Positions 38,467-47,781 of a stretch of 64,000 nucleotides of DNA are shown here, one piece after another; the first letter of the stretch is position 1; the number at the start of each line of letters is the position of its first letter. Source of the stretch: Candidatus Komeilibacteria bacterium. Lineage in GTDB: Bacteria; Patescibacteriota; Patescibacteriia; UBA1558; GWA2-36-10. The stretch is taken from assembly GCA_018656065.1 (NCBI GenBank), contig JABHZY010000024.1, positions 160,970 to 224,969 of the forward strand. Reading direction: 5' to 3'. Position numbers and translations under genes: made by a program. The notes below the pieces were generated by a model. It had not been told where the DNA came from. It searched no databases and worked only from the letters and a program-made list of their open reading frames with translations.

Positions 38467-39063
38467 ATGAAACATCTACCAGACTTTATACAAAGACTGA
38501 TAAACGAATTTGATAAACTACCTGGAATTGGGCCAAAGACTGCCTCCAGGTTAGTTTTTAATTTGCTTCATAGAAAAGAAGATATCAAAGAATTGTCTGA
38601 AGCTTTGGCTGATGCCTATAAAAATATTCATCTTTGCCCACAATGCTACAATTTAACAGATGATGGCTTATGTAGCATCTGTCGTAATCCGCAAAGAGAC
38701 AAAAGTACTATTTGTATAGTAGCTAATAATCAAGATGTAGAAGCTGTAGAAAAAACCGCTGAATTCAACGGTGTTTATCATTTACTGAACGGATTACTTA
38801 GTCCACTAGAAGGTATTACTCCTGATAAATTAAAAATAAAAGAATTAGCTGATAGAATAAAAAATAACGGCGTCACTGAAATAATCTTAGCCCTTGACCA
38901 AAGTATGGAAGGTGAGGCTACTACTATCTACTTATCAAAATTTCTCCAAGACTATCCTGTGATAATTAGCCAATTAGCCCGAGGCATACCAATGGGTGCT
39001 AATATAGAATACACTGATGAAATTACATTAACCTCGGCACTCAAGAATAGAAAAAAGATATAA
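38467..39063 (+). CDS. recR: Recombination mediator RecR
   Basis: LPGIGPKTA HhH motif, C4 zinc finger, Toprim EGEAT. Confidence 0.96.
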   Translation: MKHLPDFIQRLINEFDKLPGIGPKTASRLVFNLLHRKEDIKELSEALADAYKNIHLCPQCYNLTDDGLCSICRNPQRDKSTICIVANNQDVEAVEKTAEFNGVYHLLNGLLSPLEGITPDKLKIKELADRIKNNGVTEIILALDQSMEGEATTIYLSKFLQDYPVIISQLARGIPMGANIEYTDEITLTSALKNRKKI

Positions 39064-39065
39064 AC

Positions 39066-39092
39066 AAAAAATCCCGCTAGAGGCGGGATTTT
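39066..39092. terminator. Bidirectional terminator between recR and rplU
   Basis: AAAAATCCCGC-TAGAG-GCGGGATTTT. Confidence 0.8.
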
Positions 39093-39107
39093 ATATTTGA
39101 TATTATT

Positions 39108-39422
39108 TTAGGCTACAATAGAAGTAATCTTTACTTCAGCTAACTGTTGACGATGACCATAATGTTTTCTATATCTGGTCTTATTTTTATATTTTAAGAT
39201 ATCAATTTTCTTATCTTTAAAATTTCTTACCAAAGTACCTTCGACTTTAGCCTTAGCTACAGTTGGATTACCAACAGTTACTTTATCTTTATCCATTAAA
39301 AGTAAAACTGTATCAAAGACTACTTTCTTGCCTTCTTCGGCTTCTGGTAGCTTTTCAATCTTAATAGTATCGCCTTTAGCAACTTGATATTGTTTTCCAC
39401 CTGTTTTAATTACTGCTTTCAT
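39108..39422 (-). CDS. rplU: 50S ribosomal protein L21
   Basis: AVIKTGGKQY...GHRQ. Confidence 0.97.
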   Translation of the reverse strand: MKAVIKTGGKQYQVAKGDTIKIEKLPEAEEGKKVVFDTVLLLMDKDKVTVGNPTVAKAKVEGTLVRNFKDKKIDILKYKNKTRYRKHYGHRQQLAEVKITSIVA

Positions 39423-39465
39423 AGTTTTGTTATTATAACGAGGTAAATATTAACAGAAATATTAA

Positions 39466-39535
39466 ATATTGTCAATCCGTTCGACTTCGCTCAGGATTGA
39501 CTCTGAGCGAGTATAACAAGTCGAATGGGTCAATA
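39466..39535 (-). repeat. 70-bp composite REP-like element (copy 2), containing the -35 of the rplU promoter
   Basis: Inverted copy of 36210-36279; minus strand TTGACA-N17-TAATAT. Confidence 0.85.
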
Positions 39536-39701
39536 ATATAGCTTTTATAATACAAAGCTTTGTTTATATTGACAAAAAGGCTAAAATATGCTATACTTTG
39601 ACAATGCTTCGGCATGCCTGTCCTCTGTCAAAAATAGGAAATCATCCTGATTTCCTCAGTAGTTCCAAGGAAGGAACTTGTCTCAAAAAGGGAGTTTCCC
39701 A

Positions 39702-40145
39702 ATGAAGAAGCTGATTACTCTAATCGTTCTGGTTCTGATCATCGCTGGTCTCGTTTCTTTGGCTGTCAGCCAAAACAATAACGACCCGCGGGTCAGTGAA
39801 CTGGTAGCTGTTGCCTATCACTGCGAGGCAGTCGATAAGGATGTACCAGATATGGAGAGGTTTTACAACTCCCCTATCGAATATATTTCTGTCGATCAAC
39901 TCGACGCCTATATCGCATTCTTGGTCCAGCAAGACCAAGAAGAATCTGCCTCGTTTGACGAGATGCCAGATCATTGGCACTACATCGATCGCCGTCTTGT
40001 CCGGATTCGCGTGGCACCAGCCACAATGACACCAGATCTTGAATCTGGAATCCCCACCCTTCAAGGAGAACACCTCGGCTGGGAAGCTATCTGGACATAC
40101 CAGGAAGACGCCCTGCCGCTGGAGACCGACGACTCGGACTCCTGA
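39702..40145 (+). CDS. GC-rich orphan secreted/membrane-anchored protein
   Basis: Signal-like MKKLITLIVLVLIIAGL; promoter TTGACA(39569)-N17-TATACT; GGGAG SD; downstream hairpin terminator. Confidence 0.7.
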   Translation: MKKLITLIVLVLIIAGLVSLAVSQNNNDPRVSELVAVAYHCEAVDKDVPDMERFYNSPIEYISVDQLDAYIAFLVQQDQEESASFDEMPDHWHYIDRRLVRIRVAPATMTPDLESGIPTLQGEHLGWEAIWTYQEDALPLETDDSDS

Positions 40146-40271
40146 CATACAACCCCTTCCTCGGAATATGGACCCGCACCATGTGTGGGTCCTATTCTTT
40201 TTGTCAAAAAAACACGTCCTATATAAAACGTGTTTAAATATTTTTTAGTAGAGAATCCTGATCTTAACACC

Positions 40272-40958
40272 CTATAACGTATACTCCACACAATCTTCTA
40301 TATATTGATCTTTGCATGATATAAGCTCATTATTTTCATCTCTACAGCTAGCCATACAATTAGTATTATCAATCGGCGATTTACATATTTCATAACATAA
40401 ATTTACATTACTAGTAGCTTTAGCAAAACGCTGAAAACAGTGTGCTTGTGACATATCATTACTTATCTTGTCTTTTGAATTGCAATATTTTATTAATTCA
40501 GCTGAATCAACTTTTCTATCTAAAAGTACTCTAAAATCTTCACAAATCTCTAAATTTGGATACTCATAAGCTTTACAATTATCATCAAATATATCATGAC
40601 AAAATTCTTTCTCACCGTCACTTATACTCTCACAAACCTCTTCATCATTTAATAATATTGCTACTGAAAGCAAAGTACTATTTGTTGGCTTTGGAACAAA
40701 ATAAGTATCCTTCACAATATCAAATACTAGCGCAGTATTTTCGTTCCTCCACTTAGTTTGCTCTAATACATCTTTGGTATCGTCTAATACTTTGGTTTGT
40801 GCTCTATAGCTACTTATAGCTTCGTCTCTTTCGTTTATAATTAGTGCCTTTTCTTCCTCAAACTTTATTTCCAATTTTTCTATATTTAAATCCTGCCAAT
40901 AATAAATACCACCACCAAAAACTACAGCTGAAATTAAGATAGATAGAATAATTTTCAT
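40272..40958 (-). CDS. Hypothetical membrane-anchored Cys-rich protein
   Basis: N-terminal TM, coiled coil, Cys repeats. Confidence 0.65.
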   Translation of the reverse strand: MKIILSILISAVVFGGGIYYWQDLNIEKLEIKFEEEKALIINERDEAISSYRAQTKVLDDTKDVLEQTKWRNENTALVFDIVKDTYFVPKPTNSTLLSVAILLNDEEVCESISDGEKEFCHDIFDDNCKAYEYPNLEICEDFRVLLDRKVDSAELIKYCNSKDKISNDMSQAHCFQRFAKATSNVNLCYEICKSPIDNTNCMASCRDENNELISCKDQYIEDCVEYTL

Positions 40959-41040
40959 ACATTTAGTTTAATAATTGTTTTTAGTATATCAAAAAACTCG
41001 CTGCAAAGCGAGATGGTTGTAAATCATGAGCAAAGTCGAA

Positions 41041-41115
41041 TGGTGACCCCACAGGGAATCGAACCCTGATTACCAGGTTGAGAACCTGGCGTCCTAACCG
41101 TTAGACGATGGGGCC
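41041..41115 (-). tRNA. tRNA-Glu(CTC)
   Basis: CCAGG-TTCTCAA-CCTGG anticodon arm; ACCA end. Confidence 0.95.
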
Positions 41116-41160
41116 ATAAAAACAAGTATATTTCTAACAAATATTTAACTTATAGTCAAG

Positions 41161-42426
41161 TTATTTATCTATCTGCCCCACTAATAAATCTTTAGCGCGC
41201 CAAGGCTTAGCCATTATTTCATAAACAATTTGTTCCATCTTAGCACCGCGAGAACCTTTAACTAAAATAATGTCATTTTCTTTTAATCTTTCTTGTAAAA
41301 ATACTCCCGCCTCTTTAGTAAAAGGAAAGTGATAAATATTATCTTGATCCATACCAGCTGCTTTAGCTCCTCTAGCAATATCACGAGACTTCTCCCCTAC
41401 TACAAATAAATAATCAATTCCTAACCTAATTAGCTCTCTGCCGACTTCTTGATGAGCTTCTTCGGTCAAAGCACCTAATTCTAACATATCGCCTAATACT
41501 GCAATCTTACGTCCTTCTGATGGCATATTAGATAAAAGATCCAAGGCCGCTTTAGCAGATTGAGGGGAAGCATTATATGAATCATCAATAATCCAAGTAT
41601 TCTTAATGCCTCTGATTAAATTAGTTCTACCTCTAGCTGGTTTATATTCTAATAATTGCTTAGCGATATCCACTAAATTCATGTCCAGATATAAAGCTAC
41701 TAGCGCTGCGCTAGCCGCTGCGTAAGCATGTTGCCAACCTAACACATAAGGTAAAAACATAGGTACTTCGGAACCGCTATGAGTTAATTTAAAACTAGTG
41801 CCATAAGTATTATCTTTGTTAGTTATATTTATTTCTGAAATTCTAACATTAGAGCCTTCTTTTTTACCAAAAGTAAAAATTTTTCTTTTATAATCTTTAA
41901 TTACCTTAACTAAATTAACATCATCGTTATTTAAGATTGCTAAACCATTTTTATTTAATCTATCTAAGATAGTACTTTTTTCTTTAACAATATTATCTAT
42001 AGTTCTAAAAAACTCTATATGACTAGATCCAATAGCTGTGATAATAGATATATCTGGGCTAGCAATAGCGGTAAGATATTTAATATCTCCTGGTTTATCA
42101 GCACCCATTTCTAACACTAAAACTTCTGGATAATTTTTGTCTTTAATTAATACAAGTTTAATAGCTAAAATAAAAATCCAAAGCCAAGCTAATATATTTT
42201 TACCTGGAGAATTTTCTTGTCCTAAAATAGTTAAGGGCGTGCCAATTTCATTATTAAAATTCTTACTAGGAGTCCTAGTATTAAATTTAGCTCGTAAAAC
42301 CACTGCTATCGCCTCTTTAGCAGAAGTTTTACCTACTGAACCAGTAATAGCTATCACCTTAGGTTGGTATTTATTTATTACCGCCTTAGCTAATATTTTT
42401 AAAATAAAATGTAATATTTTCTTCAT
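41161..42426 (-). CDS. murF: UDP-MurNAc-tripeptide--D-Ala-D-Ala ligase
   Basis: ITGSVGKTS, NNEIG, DDSYNASP, GDMLELG, KGSRG. Confidence 0.92.
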   Translation of the reverse strand: MKKILHFILKILAKAVINKYQPKVIAITGSVGKTSAKEAIAVVLRAKFNTRTPSKNFNNEIGTPLTILGQENSPGKNILAWLWIFILAIKLVLIKDKNYPEVLVLEMGADKPGDIKYLTAIASPDISIITAIGSSHIEFFRTIDNIVKEKSTILDRLNKNGLAILNNDDVNLVKVIKDYKRKIFTFGKKEGSNVRISEINITNKDNTYGTSFKLTHSGSEVPMFLPYVLGWQHAYAAASAALVALYLDMNLVDIAKQLLEYKPARGRTNLIRGIKNTWIIDDSYNASPQSAKAALDLLSNMPSEGRKIAVLGDMLELGALTEEAHQEVGRELIRLGIDYLFVVGEKSRDIARGAKAAGMDQDNIYHFPFTKEAGVFLQERLKENDIILVKGSRGAKMEQIVYEIMAKPWRAKDLLVGQIDK

Positions 42427-42438
42427 ATTCTATATAAC

Positions 42439-44262
42439 TTATCTATTTGGTGCTATCTGATAGTATTCTAACAAAAATTTGGCAATTTCACCAAATAATG
42501 GAGCGGCTGTATCAGATGAAAATCGAGCTGCAGTTGGATAATCAAGTTTAGTAATCATAGTAAATTTTGGCTCATCATTAGGAGCAAAACCTACAAAATT
42601 ATGGATTGTCTTATCAAGATGATATTTACCAGTCTTTGGATCAGCCACTTGAGCTGTGCCTGTTTTCCCAGCCACATAATATCCATCTACTGCCGCTTTA
42701 CCAGCGTGACCGCTATCCACAACGTGAACCATCATAGCTGAAAGTTGAGAAGCTGTACTAACATCTATCACTTGCCTATCTTTAACTGAACTATAAATCT
42801 CTTGACGTCCATCTGGATAATCAATCCTACTAATAATATAGGGCTTCATCAATTCTCCTTGATTAGCAATAACATTAATAGCTGTTACCATTTGCAAAGG
42901 TGTAACCGTAATACCCTGTCCATAAGATGCTGTAGCTTTAAATATATCTCCTGTCTTGGCCAATGAAGAAATATCTCCAGAATTATCCTGACTAATAGCT
43001 ATACCAGACTTATTTCCAAAACCAAACTTCTTCATGTAATCTTCAAATATTTTATTATTTACTTCTGAAGTAGAAAAAATAATACCTGTGTTTAAAGATG
43101 ATGCCAACACCTCTTTCATATCAACCATACCATGGGCTTTGAGATCAGAATTTCTAATAGTATAACCACCTCCAAATTTTATTTCTCCCTCATCATTATA
43201 AAGGGTATTTGGTGTAACTTTAGATTGATCAATAGCAACTGCCATGGCAATAGATTTCATTACCGAACCAGGCTCATATGAATGATAAACCGCTAAATTA
43301 TTATACACATCACCACTCTCTACTTGACTATATTCATTAGGATCAAAACTAGGATAATTGCACATTGCCTTAATAGCTCCAGTAGATGTTTCTAAAATAA
43401 TGACTGTGCCAGACTCAGCATCATATTGAGCCACGGCTTTTTCTAAAGCTTTGCAAGTGGCATATTGTACTGTTCGATCAATAGTCAAAATAATATCTGC
43501 CCCATTTTCTACTGCCTTGCCGTCATTTCCTGTTAATAATCTACCAGCCACATCAGTCTCTCCAACCACCTGACCTTCTAAACCAGCTAAATCATTCTCA
43601 AAATAAGACTCCAGACCATACTTACCCTCTCTGGCGATTCCTTGATTTCCATAACCTAAAAATCCAAGGATATGAGAACCAATTTCTTTATCGGGATAAT
43701 AACGTAAAACATTTTTTACAAAATTGACCCCCAGAGCTGTGAGATCAAACAACTGTTCTTCTTCTGACTTACCTTTATTGATATCAAAACGAATCTCTTC
43801 AAGTCTCTCTTGTAAAATTTCTACTTTTTCTCTGGGTACATCCTTAGCAATTAATTCATAAAATCTATTTTCTTTTTTGATCTTGGCCAAAATTTTATCT
43901 TTTTCTTCCTGATCTTCAATGCCTAATACTTCAATAAAAATATCAGTCATATTCTGCGGTCTGCTAATTTTGCTAGGGTCTACACTAATTTCATAATAAA
44001 CCTTATTCACTGCTAAAGGATATAATTGATCATCTTGATTATCACCTACTATAGCAAAAATACGTCCTCTTTCAGGCTTGATATCTCGGACAATTGATCT
44101 TTGGTTTAAACCTAACTTAAAATAATATTCATTATTTAAAATTTGAACATAAAATAATCTAACCACAATAATCAACATCAAGAAAAAAATACCCCACCAG
44201 AGGGCATTTATTCTAAAACCAGATATTTGCACATTCTGAGATCTAAAAAAATTCATAGACAA
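42439..44262 (-). CDS. ftsI: Class B penicillin-binding protein (FtsI-like)
   Basis: EPGSVMK, SLN, KTGTAQ; dcw-cluster position. Confidence 0.85.
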   Translation of the reverse strand: MSMNFFRSQNVQISGFRINALWWGIFFLMLIIVVRLFYVQILNNEYYFKLGLNQRSIVRDIKPERGRIFAIVGDNQDDQLYPLAVNKVYYEISVDPSKISRPQNMTDIFIEVLGIEDQEEKDKILAKIKKENRFYELIAKDVPREKVEILQERLEEIRFDINKGKSEEEQLFDLTALGVNFVKNVLRYYPDKEIGSHILGFLGYGNQGIAREGKYGLESYFENDLAGLEGQVVGETDVAGRLLTGNDGKAVENGADIILTIDRTVQYATCKALEKAVAQYDAESGTVIILETSTGAIKAMCNYPSFDPNEYSQVESGDVYNNLAVYHSYEPGSVMKSIAMAVAIDQSKVTPNTLYNDEGEIKFGGGYTIRNSDLKAHGMVDMKEVLASSLNTGIIFSTSEVNNKIFEDYMKKFGFGNKSGIAISQDNSGDISSLAKTGDIFKATASYGQGITVTPLQMVTAINVIANQGELMKPYIISRIDYPDGRQEIYSSVKDRQVIDVSTASQLSAMMVHVVDSGHAGKAAVDGYYVAGKTGTAQVADPKTGKYHLDKTIHNFVGFAPNDEPKFTMITKLDYPTAARFSSDTAAPLFGEIAKFLLEYYQIAPNR

Positions 44263-44289
44263 TTATTTGCTCTTAGGTTTTACTAAGCT

Positions 44290-44613
44290 TTATTTTAAGG
44301 CGACTAGATCATAATCTCCATCTAAATAATAGATGTTTTCAGCTTGAATCTTTACCAAATCGAGCCTTTGACTCTCTTGCTCAATTCTTTCTGTAGTTTG
44401 TAATTCACTGACATTAGTATTATACAATCTAAGATCATCTTCAATTATCTTAATTTGTTGGCCCAAGTCATTTCTTTCTAGACTTTGACTATTAGCGTAA
44501 TTAGTTGAAACTAGCATTGTCATCAGTAACATAACCAATGTAATTACCATAAAAGTGTTTCCTTTTTTGATAATTTGCCAGGCACTAATTAATTTTGTTT
44601 TTGTTTTTGACAT
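44290..44613 (-). CDS. FtsL-like bitopic coiled-coil protein
   Basis: TM plus coiled coil, between rsmH and ftsI. Confidence 0.65.
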   Translation of the reverse strand: MSKTKTKLISAWQIIKKGNTFMVITLVMLLMTMLVSTNYANSQSLERNDLGQQIKIIEDDLRLYNTNVSELQTTERIEQESQRLDLVKIQAENIYYLDGDYDLVALK

Positions 44614-44621
44614 GTTATATA

Positions 44622-45590
44622 TTATATTTTTTCTATTACTCTTAATATTGCACTACGACTACGATAATTTTTAGCTATTTCATCATCGCTAGGCTTGATA
44701 GCCTTTTTAGTGATTAGCTTAACCTTTGGCTTATTATCGCATCGACAAACAGGAGTCTCTGGCGGGCAAATACATCCTTTGCTTAAATCCTTGAAATAAT
44801 GTTTTACAATACGGTCTTCAAGACTATGAAAGCTGATTACTGCCAGGCGCCCGCCTGGAGATAGTATATTATAAGCTTGTGGCAAAACTTTTTGTAAATT
44901 ACCCAACTCATCGTTAACTGCAATACGAAGTGCTTGAAATACTTGAGTAGCTGGATGAATGCGAAATCGCTTTAAACTCTCTTCTTTTATATTTAATATT
45001 CGGAGTATGATGCCGACAAGCATGGAAGTTTTTATAGATTTTTGTTTTTGTTTACCTAAATCTTTTCGCCAAGAGACAAGTCCCCTAGCCAGGCGTCGTG
45101 CCTGTTTTACTTCACCATACTCCTGAAATATTTTTAAAATTTGCGCTTCAGTCCAATTCATTATTATATCTGAAGCGGTAAGCGTCTGACCACTTGGATC
45201 AAACCTCATGTCCAGTGACCCATGATCCTTGAATGAAAAGCCTCTATCAGCTTTATCCAATTGGTCAGACGATAAACCTAAATCTGCAACAATGCCAGAA
45301 ATATTTTCGATCTTATATTTTTTTACTTGTGATTCTAAATGTACGTAAGAATTATTTGTAACTACTAATCTATCTTTATATTCTTTTAAATTATCTTTAG
45401 CAGCCTTAATAGCACGAGAATCCATCTCAAAAGCTAATACTTTTCCTTGCGGTCCGGTCTTTTCCAGAATAGCACCGCTATGTCCTCCACCTCCCAAAGT
45501 AAGATCAAGATAATTCTGATTCTTTTGGGGAGCTAAAAATTTAATCACCTCATCAACAAGCACGCTGATGTGCTTATAATCTTGATTCAT
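44622..45590 (-). CDS. rsmH: 16S rRNA m4C1402 methyltransferase
   Basis: TLGGGGHS, FQALRIAVNDE, SFHSLEDR, RSRSA. Confidence 0.97.
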   Translation of the reverse strand: MNQDYKHISVLVDEVIKFLAPQKNQNYLDLTLGGGGHSGAILEKTGPQGKVLAFEMDSRAIKAAKDNLKEYKDRLVVTNNSYVHLESQVKKYKIENISGIVADLGLSSDQLDKADRGFSFKDHGSLDMRFDPSGQTLTASDIIMNWTEAQILKIFQEYGEVKQARRLARGLVSWRKDLGKQKQKSIKTSMLVGIILRILNIKEESLKRFRIHPATQVFQALRIAVNDELGNLQKVLPQAYNILSPGGRLAVISFHSLEDRIVKHYFKDLSKGCICPPETPVCRCDNKPKVKLITKKAIKPSDDEIAKNYRSRSAILRVIEKI

Positions 45591-45591
45591 A

Positions 45592-46023
45592 TTAAATTCC
45601 TAAATCTACTAAACCTTCAGCAATTTCATTGGAGTCTTTTTCAGATGTACGTTGATATTTAGACCACATCTTTTCATCCCAGACTTCAAGACGATTATAT
45701 AAACCTGCAATAACTACTTTTTTATTCAAACCACCAAAATCTTTTAGATAATCCGGTAAAATAATTCTGCCTTGCTTGTCTAAATTAACATCCATAGCTC
45801 CGGCTAACATCATACGTGAGAAAGCACGAGATTTTGCTTGTGAAAAAGGTAAATTAGCTAACTTATCAGCCAACTTTTTCCACTCTTTATCTGTATATAT
45901 GAATAAACAATTATCTAATCCTTTAGTAATAACTGCGCCAGACGTAAAAAGCTTCCTAAACTTACTAGGTAGCGCTAAACGGTTCTTATCATCTAAATTA
46001 TACTTGTATTCCCCAATAAACAT
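45592..46023 (-). CDS. mraZ: Division/cell wall cluster regulator MraZ
   Basis: MFIGEY, DDKNR, DKQGR. Confidence 0.97.
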   Translation of the reverse strand: MFIGEYKYNLDDKNRLALPSKFRKLFTSGAVITKGLDNCLFIYTDKEWKKLADKLANLPFSQAKSRAFSRMMLAGAMDVNLDKQGRIILPDYLKDFGGLNKKVVIAGLYNRLEVWDEKMWSKYQRTSEKDSNEIAEGLVDLGI

Positions 46024-46034
46024 ATATAGAATAC

Positions 46035-46164
46035 TTATCCACAGTTATTTTTATAAATTCCCCACTTTTTTCCACTTAAGTGGTCGTTAGATACATTATA
46101 CCCCACCACTAGCTAAATAGTCAACACAATTCAACACCGTATTTATCCACAGATATGTGTATAA
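46035..46164. promoter_or_regulatory. mraZ upstream region with DnaA boxes and GTGG(G) MraZ-type boxes
   Basis: TTATCCACA at 46035 and 46143, TGTGTATAA at 46156; minus strand AAGTGG-AAAA-AAGTGGG near 46060-46077. Confidence 0.65.
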
Positions 46165-46208
46165 CTACAACATAAAACACTACTTGATTTCAAGTAGTGT
46201 TACTCTAT

Positions 46209-46279
46209 TGTCATTTCGACTAAGCGTAGCGAATGGAGAAATCTGTTTTACAGATCTCTCGACTACGCTCGAGATGACA
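46209..46279. repeat. REP-like palindrome (TGTCAT-type arms)
   Basis: TGTCATTTCGA...GAGAAATCTG/CAGATCTCTC-GACTACGC-TCGAGATGACA. Confidence 0.7.
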
Positions 46280-46283
46280 TAAA

Positions 46284-46712
46284 TTATTTAGCTATTTTGT
46301 ATTTTGGCTGTTTTTTAGAAATACTAATGTCTGCCTCCCGACTATAGGCTGGACTAATAGCTGTAAACTTTTTTAATTTAGCTAATTTTTTAAGTACTTT
46401 GGCTAGCATTTTTTCACTATCTTCCTGAAAATAATAATCAGCTACTAACGGCCAATCAAATTGCCAAGCCAAGGTATTAATAATAGTAGTAAATATTTTG
46501 ACCTGCGTCATACTAGCATCTTTAACCAGTAACACGCAGCCCTTAAAATTTACTAGCTTTAAATTATTATTATCTAACAGTTTCTGAAGATGTAATAAAC
46601 TTTTATCCTCTCCTCTGACAATATTAAAATTATGTGAAAAAATAATTTGACCATTAGCTAAAACTTGCCAAGCTCCTTTTTCAATACTCAATATATTAAA
46701 AACTAAAGTCAT
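46284..46712 (-). CDS. Hypothetical protein, degenerate TsaB-like
   Basis: 'L..LQKLL', 'INTLAW', 'P.YSREADI' resemble short CPR TsaB-like proteins (from recall). Confidence 0.45.
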   Translation of the reverse strand: MTLVFNILSIEKGAWQVLANGQIIFSHNFNIVRGEDKSLLHLQKLLDNNNLKLVNFKGCVLLVKDASMTQVKIFTTIINTLAWQFDWPLVADYYFQEDSEKMLAKVLKKLAKLKKFTAISPAYSREADISISKKQPKYKIAK

Positions 46713-47081
46713 CTATTGTTCTAAATTATTTTGTTTATTTTTAAAACCAGTTAGAAATCCTATAAACTTCACTATCAAGAAAGATAATATAGAATAAAAA
46801 ATAACTAACATCATATTTCCTATAAATCCCCTAGCTGAAGGATAATCGCCTAAAGAAAATAGCTTCTCTATTGTTGGATAAAACAGCTCTAATACTGGAA
46901 AGGTTAATGAAAAAATACCAACTGCAATCATATACTGAGCCGCTAAAACCACAAATAAAGAATGGTAAGGGTACCAATTTAAATTACTAAATATTATTGT
47001 TATTAATAATGGTAATACAAAAATCAATAAAAGTAATGTGAATATTAACTTTTCAACTCCCTTCATTTTAAAATATTTCAT
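46713..47081 (-). CDS. Hypothetical membrane protein
   Basis: About 3 TM segments. Confidence 0.6.
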   Translation of the reverse strand: MKYFKMKGVEKLIFTLLLLIFVLPLLITIIFSNLNWYPYHSLFVVLAAQYMIAVGIFSLTFPVLELFYPTIEKLFSLGDYPSARGFIGNMMLVIFYSILSFLIVKFIGFLTGFKNKQNNLEQ

Positions 47082-47087
47082 ACTACT

Positions 47088-47708
47088 TTATTTCTTGTCT
47101 TCTTCTTTAAAATGCTTAAACTGATAATCCTCTAATCTCCTCTGGGCTACACTTTCTGATATTTTATCTACTACTATTACATAGGGATTAGCCCAAACAT
47201 CATAGATAAACTTGTCAGTAATATCAAGCCTGTATAAATATTCTTTGAGTGGCAAAAATGTATAACGTAAATCCTCTGGTAAACCTTCTGCAATTTTTTT
47301 AAGATACTTATCAAATTTAGATTTATTAACCTTGCCAACTATAAGTACATCCGTAACAGCTGGGGATTCAGTTAAAACACCTGTAAATAATAAAAGTTTT
47401 AAACCAGGAACTTTTGACATCTTACCAGCGATATCCATTTCTTCTAAAGCTAATGATTTGAAAACCAAATTTTTAATTTCATTAAATAAAGAAAATTCCA
47501 AATTGGTATAATAATATTTTTTACCTGCCTTTTCTTCAGATTTAAGAAAACCAAATTTTTCTAAATTAGCCAATTCACGTCTAATAGAATTGAGCTGCAA
47601 ATTTAAACGCCTAGCCAATTCACGAACAAAAAACTTCTCTTGAGCGTGTACACAAAAAAACTTTAATATTTTGGTTCTAGCAACTGACGAAAGTATTTGT
47701 TCAAGCAT
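47088..47708 (-). CDS. Winged-helix regulator with a nucleotidyltransferase-like C-terminus
   Basis: FVRELARRLNLQLNSIRRELANL HTH; 'TG...DVLIVG'. Confidence 0.75.
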   Translation of the reverse strand: MLEQILSSVARTKILKFFCVHAQEKFFVRELARRLNLQLNSIRRELANLEKFGFLKSEEKAGKKYYYTNLEFSLFNEIKNLVFKSLALEEMDIAGKMSKVPGLKLLLFTGVLTESPAVTDVLIVGKVNKSKFDKYLKKIAEGLPEDLRYTFLPLKEYLYRLDITDKFIYDVWANPYVIVVDKISESVAQRRLEDYQFKHFKEEDKK

Positions 47709-47781
47709 AATATTTTAGGTAAATTTTATTTACTAAAATAGTTAAATATAGTATAATATTAATTGCTATAAAAGTAAAATC

